Shown: one piece after another, positions 20,778-32,336 of the stretch | Layout: the number at the start of each line of letters is the position of its first letter | Position numbering within the stretch: position 1 is the stretch's first letter | Source: Candidatus Cloacimonadales bacterium | GTDB lineage: Bacteria; Cloacimonadota; Cloacimonadia; Cloacimonadales; JAIOQZ01 | DNA: 64,000 nucleotides | Assembly (NCBI GenBank): GCA_963665815.1 | Contig: OY762463.1 | Span: 2,304,001-2,368,000 of the forward strand | Reading direction: 5' to 3' | Notes under the pieces: generated by a model | What the model was told of the DNA's origin: nothing | The model's input: the letters and a program-made list of their open reading frames with translations, nothing else | Database searches by the model: none | Made by a program: the position numbers and the translations under genes

Positions 20778-23132
20778 TTATTTCAACATTATCATTTTGT
20801 TTATTAACGATGATTTTTCTGTTTTGACTTTATAGAAATATACTCCGGAACCTACGCTCTTATCGTTTTCGTCTGTTCCGTTCCATTTTATTGTATGATG
20901 TCCGCTTTCCTTGTGTTCATTTATGAGCTGTTTAACCTTTTGGCCTTTAATGTTGTAAATTTCAATACAAACATTGCTTTCTTCAGGAAGACTGTATGAT
21001 ATGGTTGTGGTTGGGTTAAAGGGGTTTGGGTAGTTATAAGCAATTAACTTTGTGTCTCTAAAAGCTAAATCCTGATTGAAATTACCCACAGGCTGCCATT
21101 CATAACAACCTATATCTACAGTACTGCCATATATTCTCTGGTTTCCTGCCAGATCAAGCAGTGGGAAATTACTGCCTGTTACAGCTCCGGCATCTACACA
21201 GGGACTTGTTTCCTGCAATTTGTAATAGTCTGTGCTTGTGCTGTCTCCTCCGACAAACTCAGGCAAAACATCAATATTGGTGTCTTCGTAAGTAAGTAGA
21301 TGCTCGTTTTCTTTGGGTATTACCATAACTGATTGCTCTCCACCTAAAATCAGATTATTACTAATCGTGGAGGAGTTCTGGTGATCTACAGTACATATTG
21401 CTATTTCTCTGGAATCGTACATAGAATATGGATTGTAGAAAATATTATTATATACGTAAGAATTATTACCCACAATTTCAAACTTAACAAGCTGATCCTG
21501 AAAACTGATATAATTGTTGGCAAATGTATTATTCCTGACATATGTGTCACCATAAATAGAACCAATATACCCCACAGCCTGTGCGTTGTATGATATATTG
21601 TTTACTACAAGGTTGTTATCAAATACAACAAGACTGTCTCCAAACAGAACAAAAGCATTTTCATTGAGAGGAGCATAGCTTGTATTTCCATTGAATATAC
21701 TGTTGGACACATAAACAGAGTCTGCTGTTACCCTTACTGCATTATCACAACATTCTATATGATACTCTGTTACCTGATTACCGGTGAATTCGCAGCTATC
21801 TATGATTGCTTTACCAATACCATACATGTATAGTCCTGATTTGCTGTCTGTTGCCCTGCAATTCAGAATTTTCACATTCCTTAGCTCAACATAATCGCAA
21901 TCTTCAATCATTAAGCCAGTAATACTCCTGTCATAACAATTTTTTATGACAACATCCTTTAGTCTCACAGACTTACCATTATCCCCCCGAAAAGTCAATC
22001 CTTCCCCGACAGGATTTTCTATTGTCAATCCGGATATTTCAATATCCTTGTATTCATACATTGCATACATAATACGTCTTTCCAATAAATAACCGCCAAG
22101 ATAAGTGACATCTGAGCCTGCTCCGGCTAATCTGCAATGACTCTTTAATACAGGAGTATTAAATCTGTTTAGAAACTGAAATGAGTAATCTCCAGCTGCA
22201 ATATGTATAGTTTTGGGATTAAGACTGTCTGCTGCTATAAGCCTGCAGGCATCTACTATTGAATACTTTGGATCATCGGGTGAAAGTCCTGAGTTTGCAT
22301 CATCTCCATCCATGGATATATACAAATCAGAATTTACAGGAGTTATGTGTCCTCTGAGAATATCAAACTGCATGGGATTTGCTGTATATGATGAATATAA
22401 ACTACTGTAGTTTGCATAATATCGGGATGGTATAGCTTCGCTGAATTTATCAAGATAAATCATTGTCACCTTGTCATAATCGCGGGGAATGTATCTAATT
22501 GATAAATCCATTCCTATGTACGCCATATTATTATATATACTGCATCTGTTAACTGAGGAGAAAATTAGTTCCGTAGTTAACTCGGGTTCACAGTATATCC
22601 CCCCCCCCCCCCAGGAGAAATTATCATGTATACTTATCCCGGAGAGTTCAATAATTAAATCTCCAGCAATAAAAATGCCTCCTCCAACACGCTCAACTCG
22701 GTTATCATATATTTCGCAATTAGCAATCTTCATATCACCATCGGCATTAATGCTGATACCTCCCCCCACAACGTGATCTTCTCCATATCCATTAGTAATT
22801 GTGAAACCTCTTATTTCTGCATTATTAACCTGCTGATCCCAGATTTCTATTACTTTGCCAACCCCACACCCATTTAGTATGGTTTCTGCAATATAATGAT
22901 CTTCTCCGGTTAGTGCTTCCATAGAGTAAAGCTTTATGGATCTACCGTTAAAATTGAGGTTTACTGCATAAAATCCAGGATACACAAGTACTATATCACC
23001 ATCGGAAGAACTGTCTATTGCTTGTTGTATATCAGTAAAATCTCCGCTGCCATCAAGGTTTACTGTATGTGTTAAACTTAACAGTATCAATGGTACTAGT
23101 GTAAGTATAAGTATTGCAAGCTGCTTTTTCAT
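20778..23132 (-). CDS. Secreted beta-helix protein with FlgD-Ig/T9SS-like CTD, paralog B (contains a G14 tract)
   Basis: Same length (784 aa from ATG 23132) and architecture as paralog A; offset 2545 bp. Confidence 0.8.
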   Translation of the reverse strand: MKKQLAILILTLVPLILLSLTHTVNLDGSGDFTDIQQAIDSSSDGDIVLVYPGFYAVNLNFNGRSIKLYSMEALTGEDHYIAETILNGCGVGKVIEIWDQQVNNAEIRGFTITNGYGEDHVVGGGISINADGDMKIANCEIYDNRVERVGGGIFIAGDLIIELSGISIHDNFSWGGGGIYCEPELTTELIFSSVNRCSIYNNMAYIGMDLSIRYIPRDYDKVTMIYLDKFSEAIPSRYYANYSSLYSSYTANPMQFDILRGHITPVNSDLYISMDGDDANSGLSPDDPKYSIVDACRLIAADSLNPKTIHIAAGDYSFQFLNRFNTPVLKSHCRLAGAGSDVTYLGGYLLERRIMYAMYEYKDIEISGLTIENPVGEGLTFRGDNGKSVRLKDVVIKNCYDRSITGLMIEDCDYVELRNVKILNCRATDSKSGLYMYGIGKAIIDSCEFTGNQVTEYHIECCDNAVRVTADSVYVSNSIFNGNTSYAPLNENAFVLFGDSLVVFDNNLVVNNISYNAQAVGYIGSIYGDTYVRNNTFANNYISFQDQLVKFEIVGNNSYVYNNIFYNPYSMYDSREIAICTVDHQNSSTISNNLILGGEQSVMVIPKENEHLLTYEDTNIDVLPEFVGGDSTSTDYYKLQETSPCVDAGAVTGSNFPLLDLAGNQRIYGSTVDIGCYEWQPVGNFNQDLAFRDTKLIAYNYPNPFNPTTTISYSLPEESNVCIEIYNIKGQKVKQLINEHKESGHHTIKWNGTDENDKSVGSGVYFYKVKTEKSSLINKMIMLK
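22599..22612 (-). repeat. G14 homopolymer in coding sequence
   Basis: 14 consecutive C on +; read as TGG GGG GGG GGG GGG (WGGGG) in frame. Confidence 0.85.
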
Positions 23133-23242
23133 AGGTTTCCTTCTTTGAAATTCTCCTCTATGAAGAGGAGTACTCCGCAATGCGGAGAGAGGTGTGAGAA
23201 AATTATGTTTTATGTAGCCACACCATTCGGAAGGGGAAAATA

Positions 23243-25765
23243 CTATTTCAACATTATCATTTTGTTTATTAACGATGATTTTTCTGTTTTGACTTTATAG
23301 AAATATACTCCGGAACCTACACTTTTGTTGTTTTCGTCTGTCCCGTTCCATTTAATTGCATGATGTCCACTTTCCTTGTGCTCATTCACCAGTTGTTTTA
23401 CCTTTTGGCCTTTAATGTTGTAAATTTCAATACAGACATTGCTTTCTTCAGGAAGACTGTATGATATGGTTGTGGTTGGGTTAAACGGATTAGGGTAGTT
23501 CTTACCGGTAAAGGAATAAGCTTCCGGAGCTTCTTCTTCCTTGTAATCATGCTCAACATAAGATATTCTGACTCTCTGATGCTCAGGACTCAGTCTGATA
23601 TCCTTCTCCATATACTTTTTCTGTTCCGCATCATAAACTTGCAGATTCTCTGAGAAAACCTCTTCACGTTCTCCATACCATTTTACAATATCAATATTGG
23701 CATCATAAAGGTCATCTGTAACATATGCGAATACTGCAGCATCCTGACCATGAACAACAGAAGCACCAATACATTCACCATTGGCATATACAGCAATTTC
23801 CTGAGGAATATCATCCGGAGCGAACTCAAATACAAATGTATTATAATCAGCTTGTTCAGTATAGTCAAAATAATTCAGATCCGTATCTGCCTCAATATTA
23901 TTGAAAACAGTAGTAACAACATTTCCACCACCTGTGGATACAAAGCCTTCATCCCAGATGAATGACGCAGGGTTTTCAGTTTCAACCACTATCATATCAC
24001 CGTATTGTACGCCATCATAATAACTCTGGTTTGCCACACCTTCCCAGGTGATAATCATCTGAGAAAACAGACTGTCTCCTATAATTTCTACGTGTTTTTC
24101 GTAAGACCAATATTGACCATGAATTCTCTTAAGCTGGTTACCTAAAGTACCACCAAAAGCTGATACTGGAGAAGTTGATGATTCCGAACCATAATAGCAC
24201 ACCCAAGTTTCTACTTCACCAAATGGTATGCTTACCGGCTCATCATTTCTGATACATACTCCATGATAATTATTGATCGCTGCTCCATTATCAATCTGAA
24301 CCTTATAACCTTTGTACTGCTTGATAATTTCAGATTCATCATCCCAATATCCACCTTCATTTTCTGATGTTGTTACAATCATTGCTTCATTATCATAGTC
24401 TGGAGTCTGGTAACTGAATTGATGAACAGTAAATGGGTCGTCATCATCCATAAACTCAGCAAAGAAACCATCCAACTGGTCATGATTACCAATTGGATCA
24501 ATAACGGGGAAACCAACCCAGAACCAGTTCTCGGTTTTAGGATCATCAGTATCAAACTGGTAGTTAAGGCGTTTGTCGTCAAACTGGTATGCTCCAACGT
24601 CAACTGTAGTTCCATCAGTTGCAAATACATTACCTATACAATCTGATTTCCCATCGTTATCCCAGTTTAAAGTATAATCACCGTTATCAGGGTCAGTGAA
24701 ATAAGGATCAGTAATTTGAGTTAATCCTGCCGGATATGTCACACTTTCATCTCCGCTCAAATAAACGGAATTAGTGTATGTTCCTGTTGATGGTGGATAT
24801 TCAATAATGCTGTTTTCGCAGGTATTTACTCCGCAAATAATTGGTCTCCAGGCGCTATCATGTAAAAGTGTACTATTTTCAATATTGATTCCATTGGTTA
24901 GGAACTGGCAGGGAGTTCCAACATAAGTTTGGATACGATTATCATAAGTAACTACTTTTTCAAACGTTGTTGTACAACCAGTTCGGCAATTACTCACAAT
25001 AGAACAAGATGTATTATCAGGAATTACACCTCCAGTGTACAAAGGTCTGCTGAAACAATCATGAATGTGAACATTCTCAAGAGTGATATCTGCATTACCT
25101 ACCCCAAAAACAGCTGCACCTGTTGGAGCAGTTCCATTCTCAATACTGAGATTTATTAGATGAACTTCAGCGTTCTGAACTCCCACAACAGATTTGTAAG
25201 CATTTCCTCTTAATATAGTCAGTCCCGGTCCTTCTCCAATTATTGTCAGATCTTTATTCGTTATTCCGCAATATCCGGTATATGTTCCTGATGGAAGTGT
25301 AATTGTATCACCGCTCGAAGCATTGCTTATCAAGGTTTGCAAAGGACTTACCATGTCGGCCGGAAACTGACTGATATTATCAGTTATTGAACCTACAACA
25401 TATTCCACATTGAACTCATCTGTTTCATACAAGACAATACTATAATAACTGGTTCTTACACTTCCGGTATTATTGGAACCGTTAATGTCGAAATCAAACG
25501 TAACACCCCAAAAGTTAAAAGATACACCATCAATTGTTAACCAGTTTGAGTCTGTTGTAACTTCGAATCTTTGACAGTTGTCCGGGATTCCATTTAAAAA
25601 ATCATAATCGATTTCAAAAGATGTTGATGTTCCTGTTGTCCAGAATGGACCTGTAAAGTAATTTAGTCCTGGAAATTGGTCATAGCGATATGGACTGCTG
25701 AATGAAATACTGAATAGTCCAATTGCTAATCCAGTCAAAATAAGTACGAGATAAATTTTTTTCAT
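23243..25765 (-). CDS. Secreted multidomain protein (beta-helix-like region) with FlgD-Ig/T9SS-like CTD
   Basis: Start at ATG 25765 (AAGGAG RBS, signal peptide MKKIYLVLIL); LQTLISNASSGDTITLPSGTY, DPYFTDPDNGDYTL; NYPNPFNPTT CTD. Confidence 0.75.
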   Translation of the reverse strand: MKKIYLVLILTGLAIGLFSISFSSPYRYDQFPGLNYFTGPFWTTGTSTSFEIDYDFLNGIPDNCQRFEVTTDSNWLTIDGVSFNFWGVTFDFDINGSNNTGSVRTSYYSIVLYETDEFNVEYVVGSITDNISQFPADMVSPLQTLISNASSGDTITLPSGTYTGYCGITNKDLTIIGEGPGLTILRGNAYKSVVGVQNAEVHLINLSIENGTAPTGAAVFGVGNADITLENVHIHDCFSRPLYTGGVIPDNTSCSIVSNCRTGCTTTFEKVVTYDNRIQTYVGTPCQFLTNGINIENSTLLHDSAWRPIICGVNTCENSIIEYPPSTGTYTNSVYLSGDESVTYPAGLTQITDPYFTDPDNGDYTLNWDNDGKSDCIGNVFATDGTTVDVGAYQFDDKRLNYQFDTDDPKTENWFWVGFPVIDPIGNHDQLDGFFAEFMDDDDPFTVHQFSYQTPDYDNEAMIVTTSENEGGYWDDESEIIKQYKGYKVQIDNGAAINNYHGVCIRNDEPVSIPFGEVETWVCYYGSESSTSPVSAFGGTLGNQLKRIHGQYWSYEKHVEIIGDSLFSQMIITWEGVANQSYYDGVQYGDMIVVETENPASFIWDEGFVSTGGGNVVTTVFNNIEADTDLNYFDYTEQADYNTFVFEFAPDDIPQEIAVYANGECIGASVVHGQDAAVFAYVTDDLYDANIDIVKWYGEREEVFSENLQVYDAEQKKYMEKDIRLSPEHQRVRISYVEHDYKEEEAPEAYSFTGKNYPNPFNPTTTISYSLPEESNVCIEIYNIKGQKVKQLVNEHKESGHHAIKWNGTDENNKSVGSGVYFYKVKTEKSSLINKMIMLK

Positions 25766-26167
25766 TATTTTCTCCTTCTGTGGAGACGAGAAAAAACTTG
25801 CACACAAATCATAATCCTGCAATGATGTATTCAGGAAATGGGTTTGTTGCGGTCTTCTTGCCGGAAGCTATTGTTTGCATTCTCATTTCCGTTTATTGAT
25901 ACTATAATATTGTCATTTTGAAATGGAGTATTTAAGAAACCAGATTACTACATTAAGAGAACCTTACTCAGGGAAAAATACATACTTATAAAGAAACACA
26001 ACTACATATCTGCAAGAATTCAAAATATTGTCTAAGAGCTTTTATCTGTTGAAACTGTAGATGAATTTCATCGAAGCTCTTTTAATTCTACACCGATATA
26101 AAACTTTCCATTTGATCAATTGAGAACAAATCTGGGGGAGGCATGTCAAGGTATTTTTGCGTATTTT

Positions 26168-26580
26168 GGAATCCCCCCGTTTTTTCTTGAAAATCTGACT
26201 TCAAGATAACTGGAAGGATTTTATCAGACATTTCTTAGAAAAATGCACTATTCATTTTCTTTGATGCCAAAGAAAACGAAACAAAAGAAAATTGAGAAGT
26301 TGATGAAATTGTAAATTTCATCAAAAAGCACTCTTTTTAAAATGTATTTCCAGTAAACTGGAACCATGAATTTTCCCTAAAATCCTTCCAAGGCTTCAGG
26401 ATTTCTTAACGGTTAAATTTATTATACAGTAAAAAAGAGAAAATGCTATCATCAATGCAAAACAATCATACTTAGTTCAAAGCTATTACATTGATTCATA
26501 TTTTCCACTGATTTAATGTTTCAAAACTTTTATTTATAATAAGTTATACATACATTGTATTTGGTTTTCGGGGGGATACC
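26168..26580. mobile_element. MITE-like non-autonomous element (~413 bp)
   Basis: Terminal inverted repeats GGAATCCCCCCG / CGGGGGGATACC (11/12). Flanked by direct repeats gtATTTTTGCGTATTTT (26151-26167) and taATTTTTGCGTATTTT (26581-26597). No ORF; internal segments recur at 42640-42875 and 57764-57960. Confidence 0.7.
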
Positions 26581-26701
26581 TAATTTTTGCGTATTTTCAT
26601 TTAATTTTTCAGCGGTATGCAAATCAATCTGTTATTGCTCATAACCGAAATATCAATACGATTTCAATGAAAGTATGTAATCCCTCATTTTAATTATAAG
26701 C

Positions 26702-26733
26702 AAAAAACCCCATCGAATTTCTCCGATGGGGCT
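26702..26733 (-). terminator. Intrinsic terminator of the atp operon
   Basis: Hairpin CCCCATCG-aatttctc-CGATGGGG followed by a U-tract on the minus strand, just after the atpC stop. Confidence 0.75.
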
Positions 26734-26756
26734 TCTTAACAATTTATGAATTAATG

Positions 26757-28572
<1,816 letters not shown>

Positions 28573-28586
28573 TTATCATTAATTTT

Positions 28587-29435
28587 CTATTGTAAAGCTT
28601 CTGCACCGGACGAAATCTCAATAATTTCTGTTGTAATTCCAGCTTGTCGTACTCTGTTATATTTAAGTGTAAGCGCTTCAATTAACTCTGCTGCGTTATC
28701 TGTTGCAGAATCCATAGCAGTCATACGAGCGCCTTGTTCTGCCGCAGATGATTCCAGCATGATTCTCCAGATTTCCACATCACCGAACTTATGAGCAAGC
28801 TCTTCGATAATAGTCTTTTCATCCGGTTCATACAGATAATCAAGTGTGCTTATTTCATCAGTTTTAAGTGGAACAATCGGGAATAACTGTTTAACAATCA
28901 CGTTCTGTTGAATAGCTGATTTGAACTCATTATACAGAACATTCACTTTTGCATATCCTTTTTCCAGGAATAAGTTAAGCAGGAATGTTCCAATTTCTTT
29001 GGAATGAGTAAAATCCATTTCATTGAACAGATACAGATATTTTTCAATCACGTTATCAGTTCTTTTCTTGATATGATCAAACCCTTTTTTTCCAAGACAG
29101 ATAATGTCGGCATCAGGGTTCTTTATTATGTATTCATCAGCTCTTCTTATAATGTTTGAGTTAAACGATCCACACAATCCACGGTCAGATGTAACAACTA
29201 ACAAAGCTTCTTTCCCATCTTTCACTTCGTCGAGTAAAGGATGACCAGAAAAAGAGTTTTTGTACTTTATACTTGCAAGCATATCATTAAGCATGTTGGC
29301 ATAAGGTCTTGCTTTCACAATCCTTTCCTGAGCTTTTCTGAGTCTTGCAGCAGCAACCATTTTCATTGCATTGGTTATTTGCTTAGTACTTTTAACACTA
29401 TCTATTCTGGTTTTAATCTCTCGTATATTAGCCAT
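28587..29435 (-). CDS. atpG: F1Fo ATP synthase gamma subunit
   Basis: ITNAMKMVAA, SDRGLCGSFN, RMTAMDSATDNA, RQAGITTEI. Confidence 0.98.
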   Translation of the reverse strand: MANIREIKTRIDSVKSTKQITNAMKMVAAARLRKAQERIVKARPYANMLNDMLASIKYKNSFSGHPLLDEVKDGKEALLVVTSDRGLCGSFNSNIIRRADEYIIKNPDADIICLGKKGFDHIKKRTDNVIEKYLYLFNEMDFTHSKEIGTFLLNLFLEKGYAKVNVLYNEFKSAIQQNVIVKQLFPIVPLKTDEISTLDYLYEPDEKTIIEELAHKFGDVEIWRIMLESSAAEQGARMTAMDSATDNAAELIEALTLKYNRVRQAGITTEIIEISSGAEALQ

Positions 29436-29455
29436 GGATATTCCTTATTGTCTGA

Positions 29456-30955
29456 TTAAAACTTTTCCAGTACTTTTTCGCAGATTTCTTTCATTTTAGC
29501 ACGAACTTCATCGGTAATTTTACCTTTAACAAGCTCGTTCATGAAGTCTTTATGTTGCAGGTCAAGTGTATTGAACAGTTCTTCTTCAACTACCTTGACA
29601 TTATCTTTTTCAATTTTATCCAGCATTCCGGCATTGGCCATGAAGATAATAAAGATCTGTTTAGCTACTGGAAGCGGAGAATATTGTCCCTGTTTGAGAA
29701 TCTCAATAAGTCTCTCCCCTCTTCTGAGCTGAGCTTGTGTAGCTTTGTCAAGGTCTGAACCGAACTTGGCAAATGCTTCCAGATCCGCATATTGTGCAAG
29801 GTCAAGACGAAGCTGACCAGTTACACCCTTCATTGCTTTAATCTGAGCGCTACCACCCACACGGGATACAGAGAGACCCGCATTAATAGCAGGACGTACA
29901 CCGGAGTGGAAAAGTTTGGAACTCAGATAAATCTGACCATCTGTAATAGAGATCACATTTGTCGGGATATACGCTGTGATGTCATCTGCCTGTGTTTCAA
30001 TGATAGGCAATGCTGTAAGCGATCCGCCACCACAATCTGCACTGAGTTTGGAAGCTCTCTCAAGAAGTCTTGAGTGAAGGTAGAAAACGTCTCCCGGATA
30101 TGCTTCACGTCCCGGAGGTCTTCTGAGAAGGAGTGATAACTCACGATAAGCAACAGCGTGTTTGGAAAGATCATCATAGATAATCAGAGCATGCTGTCCT
30201 TTATCACGGAAGTACTCACCCATAGAGCAACCTGCGTAAGGTGCAAGATAGTTAAGTGATGCAGTATCTGAAGCTGATGCGGCAACAATAATTGTATAAT
30301 CCATTGCACCGTGTTTTTCCAGAGTTTTCACGATTTTAGCAATAGAAGATTGTTTCTGACCTACACCAACATACACACAGATAACATCTGTATCTTTCTG
30401 GTTTATAATTGTATCGATTGCGATAGCTGTTTTACCGGTTTGACGGTCACCGATAATAAGCTCACGCTGTCCTCTTCCGATAGGAATCATGGAGTCGATA
30501 GATTTCAGACCTGTTTGAAGAGGTTCCTTCACAGGTTGTCTCTGAATAACTCCAAGAGCTTTTCTTTCTACAGGAAGAGTATCTGTTGTTTTAATCTCAC
30601 CTTTACCGTCAATTGGCTCACCAAGCGGATTAACAACGCGTCCAAGCATTGCATCACCAACAGGAACCTGCAGAATTTTTTTGGTTCTTCTTACGATATC
30701 CCCTTCTTTAACCTTACGTGTATCACCAAAGATAATACAACCAACATTATCTTCTTCAAGGTTAAGAGCCATACCAACAACACCACCAGGAAACTCAATC
30801 ATTTCTCCAGCCATAACATTGTTCATACCATATACACGGGCAATACCATCACCAACCTGCAGAACCTTACCGGTTTCAGCAATGTCAATTTCAAATTTAT
30901 ACTGATTTATTTTCTCTTTCAGAATTGAACTGACTTCATCTGGTTGTATTTTCAT
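29456..30955 (-). CDS. atpA: F1Fo ATP synthase alpha subunit
   Basis: GDRQTGKT and [23 protein letters not shown]. Confidence 0.99.
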   Translation of the reverse strand: MKIQPDEVSSILKEKINQYKFEIDIAETGKVLQVGDGIARVYGMNNVMAGEMIEFPGGVVGMALNLEEDNVGCIIFGDTRKVKEGDIVRRTKKILQVPVGDAMLGRVVNPLGEPIDGKGEIKTTDTLPVERKALGVIQRQPVKEPLQTGLKSIDSMIPIGRGQRELIIGDRQTGKTAIAIDTIINQKDTDVICVYVGVGQKQSSIAKIVKTLEKHGAMDYTIIVAASASDTASLNYLAPYAGCSMGEYFRDKGQHALIIYDDLSKHAVAYRELSLLLRRPPGREAYPGDVFYLHSRLLERASKLSADCGGGSLTALPIIETQADDITAYIPTNVISITDGQIYLSSKLFHSGVRPAINAGLSVSRVGGSAQIKAMKGVTGQLRLDLAQYADLEAFAKFGSDLDKATQAQLRRGERLIEILKQGQYSPLPVAKQIFIIFMANAGMLDKIEKDNVKVVEEELFNTLDLQHKDFMNELVKGKITDEVRAKMKEICEKVLEKF

Positions 30956-30977
30956 ACTGACCTCAATTTTCTTTTTG

Positions 30978-31511
30978 TTATTTTCTTAATTTCTGGAAAC
31001 GCATGAGACTGTTAAGAATTGACCCGTCAATGGTCATTGAGTCTGTTTCGGCAACAAAGCCACCGATCAGCTCCTCATGTATTTCTTTTTTCAGGATTAC
31101 AGTTCTATGCAGCACAGATTTCAAATACTCGGCAACTTTCGATTCGGATTCAGGTGTTAAATCTCTTGCAATTTTGAGATTAACAACAACTTCGTCTCTT
31201 CTTTCATGCACCATGTTCTCAATTTCATCAAATATATCAGAAATCAGAATAAATCTGTGTTTCTTTATCAGCAGTTGGAACATTGAGTTCCATTTTTCCG
31301 TATTAACTGTTCCGACTAATACATCTTTTACCAATTCGAGCCTTTTCTGCAAAGGTAATAATTGCGTGTGAAGACTCTGCTCAACTTCAGGATATTGCTT
31401 TAAAACAGCTTTCAGAGTTTCAATGTCAGTGAGTAAAGATTCCAATTGAGCAGTCTCAAAGTTTTCAACTATTGCTTTTGCATAACGTTGAGCAATTAAT
31501 CTTTGTCTCAC
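30978..31511 (-). CDS. atpH: F1Fo ATP synthase delta subunit
   Basis: [14 protein letters not shown]...IDGS; operon position. Confidence 0.9.
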   Translation of the reverse strand: MRQRLIAQRYAKAIVENFETAQLESLLTDIETLKAVLKQYPEVEQSLHTQLLPLQKRLELVKDVLVGTVNTEKWNSMFQLLIKKHRFILISDIFDEIENMVHERRDEVVVNLKIARDLTPESESKVAEYLKSVLHRTVILKKEIHEELIGGFVAETDSMTIDGSILNSLMRFQKLRK

Positions 31512-31990
31512 TTATCGCCTCTTTCTGTTATAAGCTGATTGATGACACTATCATCAATTTTTGTGTTAATTTCCTTACCTATCACTTTTGAAGATAACGC
31601 TGAAACCATTGCAGCAAGATCTCCCTCAAGACTTCGCATAGCTTTTACCTTTTCAGTTTTAAGCTGAGCTTCTGTATCTTGAAGTATCTTTTTCTCCTGG
31701 TTTTTAGCCATTTTGATGATATCATTAGCCTGCTCATCAGCATCTCTCTGAGCTTTCTGCTTCAGTTTTCTGATCTCTTCAGATGAACCTTTCAGTTCTT
31801 CTTCTCTTTTATGAACCAGAACTTCAGCTTCTGCTTTTGCTTCTTTGGCTTCTTTAATATCTTCAGCTATTCGCGTTTGTCTCTCAGCAAGGAAATTCTT
31901 TATCGGTTTGTACAATAACTTGTTCAATACAAATAAGATAAGAACAAAGTTAAGTACTACGATAATAAGTGAATAATCTATACTGATCAT
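31508..31990 (-). CDS. atpF: F1Fo ATP synthase b subunit
   Basis: NFVLILFVLNKLLYKPI..FLAERQ TM anchor followed by a coiled coil. Confidence 0.93.
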   Translation of the reverse strand: MISIDYSLIIVVLNFVLILFVLNKLLYKPIKNFLAERQTRIAEDIKEAKEAKAEAEVLVHKREEELKGSSEEIRKLKQKAQRDADEQANDIIKMAKNQEKKILQDTEAQLKTEKVKAMRSLEGDLAAMVSALSSKVIGKEINTKIDDSVINQLITERGDK

Positions 31991-32041
31991 ATTTTCTCCA
32001 GTGTTAAATTGCGTTAATTAGTTCTTCTAAATGTTTCGATC

Positions 32042-32296
32042 TTATTTTGCAAATATCAGAAGAAGTGCAATCACGAGAGAATAGATACCAGTAGACTCGG
32101 AAACTGCCTGACCAACAAGCATTGTACGAGTAATAAGACTTGCATTTTCAGGGGTTCTTGCGATACCTTCACAAGCTTTACCTGCAACAAATCCCTCACC
32201 AACTCCTGGTCCTAATGCACCAATTCCCATGCATATTCCCGCACCTAAAAGTGCAGCTGCCTTTTCAATTCCTTGAGCTAATGTAGCTGAATCCAT
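32042..32296 (-). CDS. atpE: F1Fo ATP synthase c subunit, single hairpin, Na+-type site
   Basis: GPGVGEG...ARTPE...[16 protein letters not shown]. Start moved to ATG 32296 after GGAGG. Confidence 0.95.
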   Translation of the reverse strand: MDSATLAQGIEKAAALLGAGICMGIGALGPGVGEGFVAGKACEGIARTPENASLITRTMLVGQAVSESTGIYSLVIALLLIFAK

Positions 32297-32336
32297 GAAT
32301 TCCTCCAAGTTTTTTATTATTGTTTATGTTTTTGAT

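Noticed and set aside
18233-23132. Diversity-generating retroelement (TR/VR pair) explaining the paralog similarity
   Set aside because: No reverse transcriptase in the window, both copies are full genes, and differences are not confined to adenines.
25809-25886. 25-aa upstream ORF (MRMQTIASGKK...) before the third CTD gene
   Set aside because: No convincing RBS, homology or attenuator structure.
18210-26155. Short similarity TCTGGGG(G)AGGCA...AAGGTATT at 18210 and 26131 as a second pair of islet ends
   Set aside because: Short and gapped, and the second copy overlaps a likely minus-strand -35 box; chance cannot be excluded.
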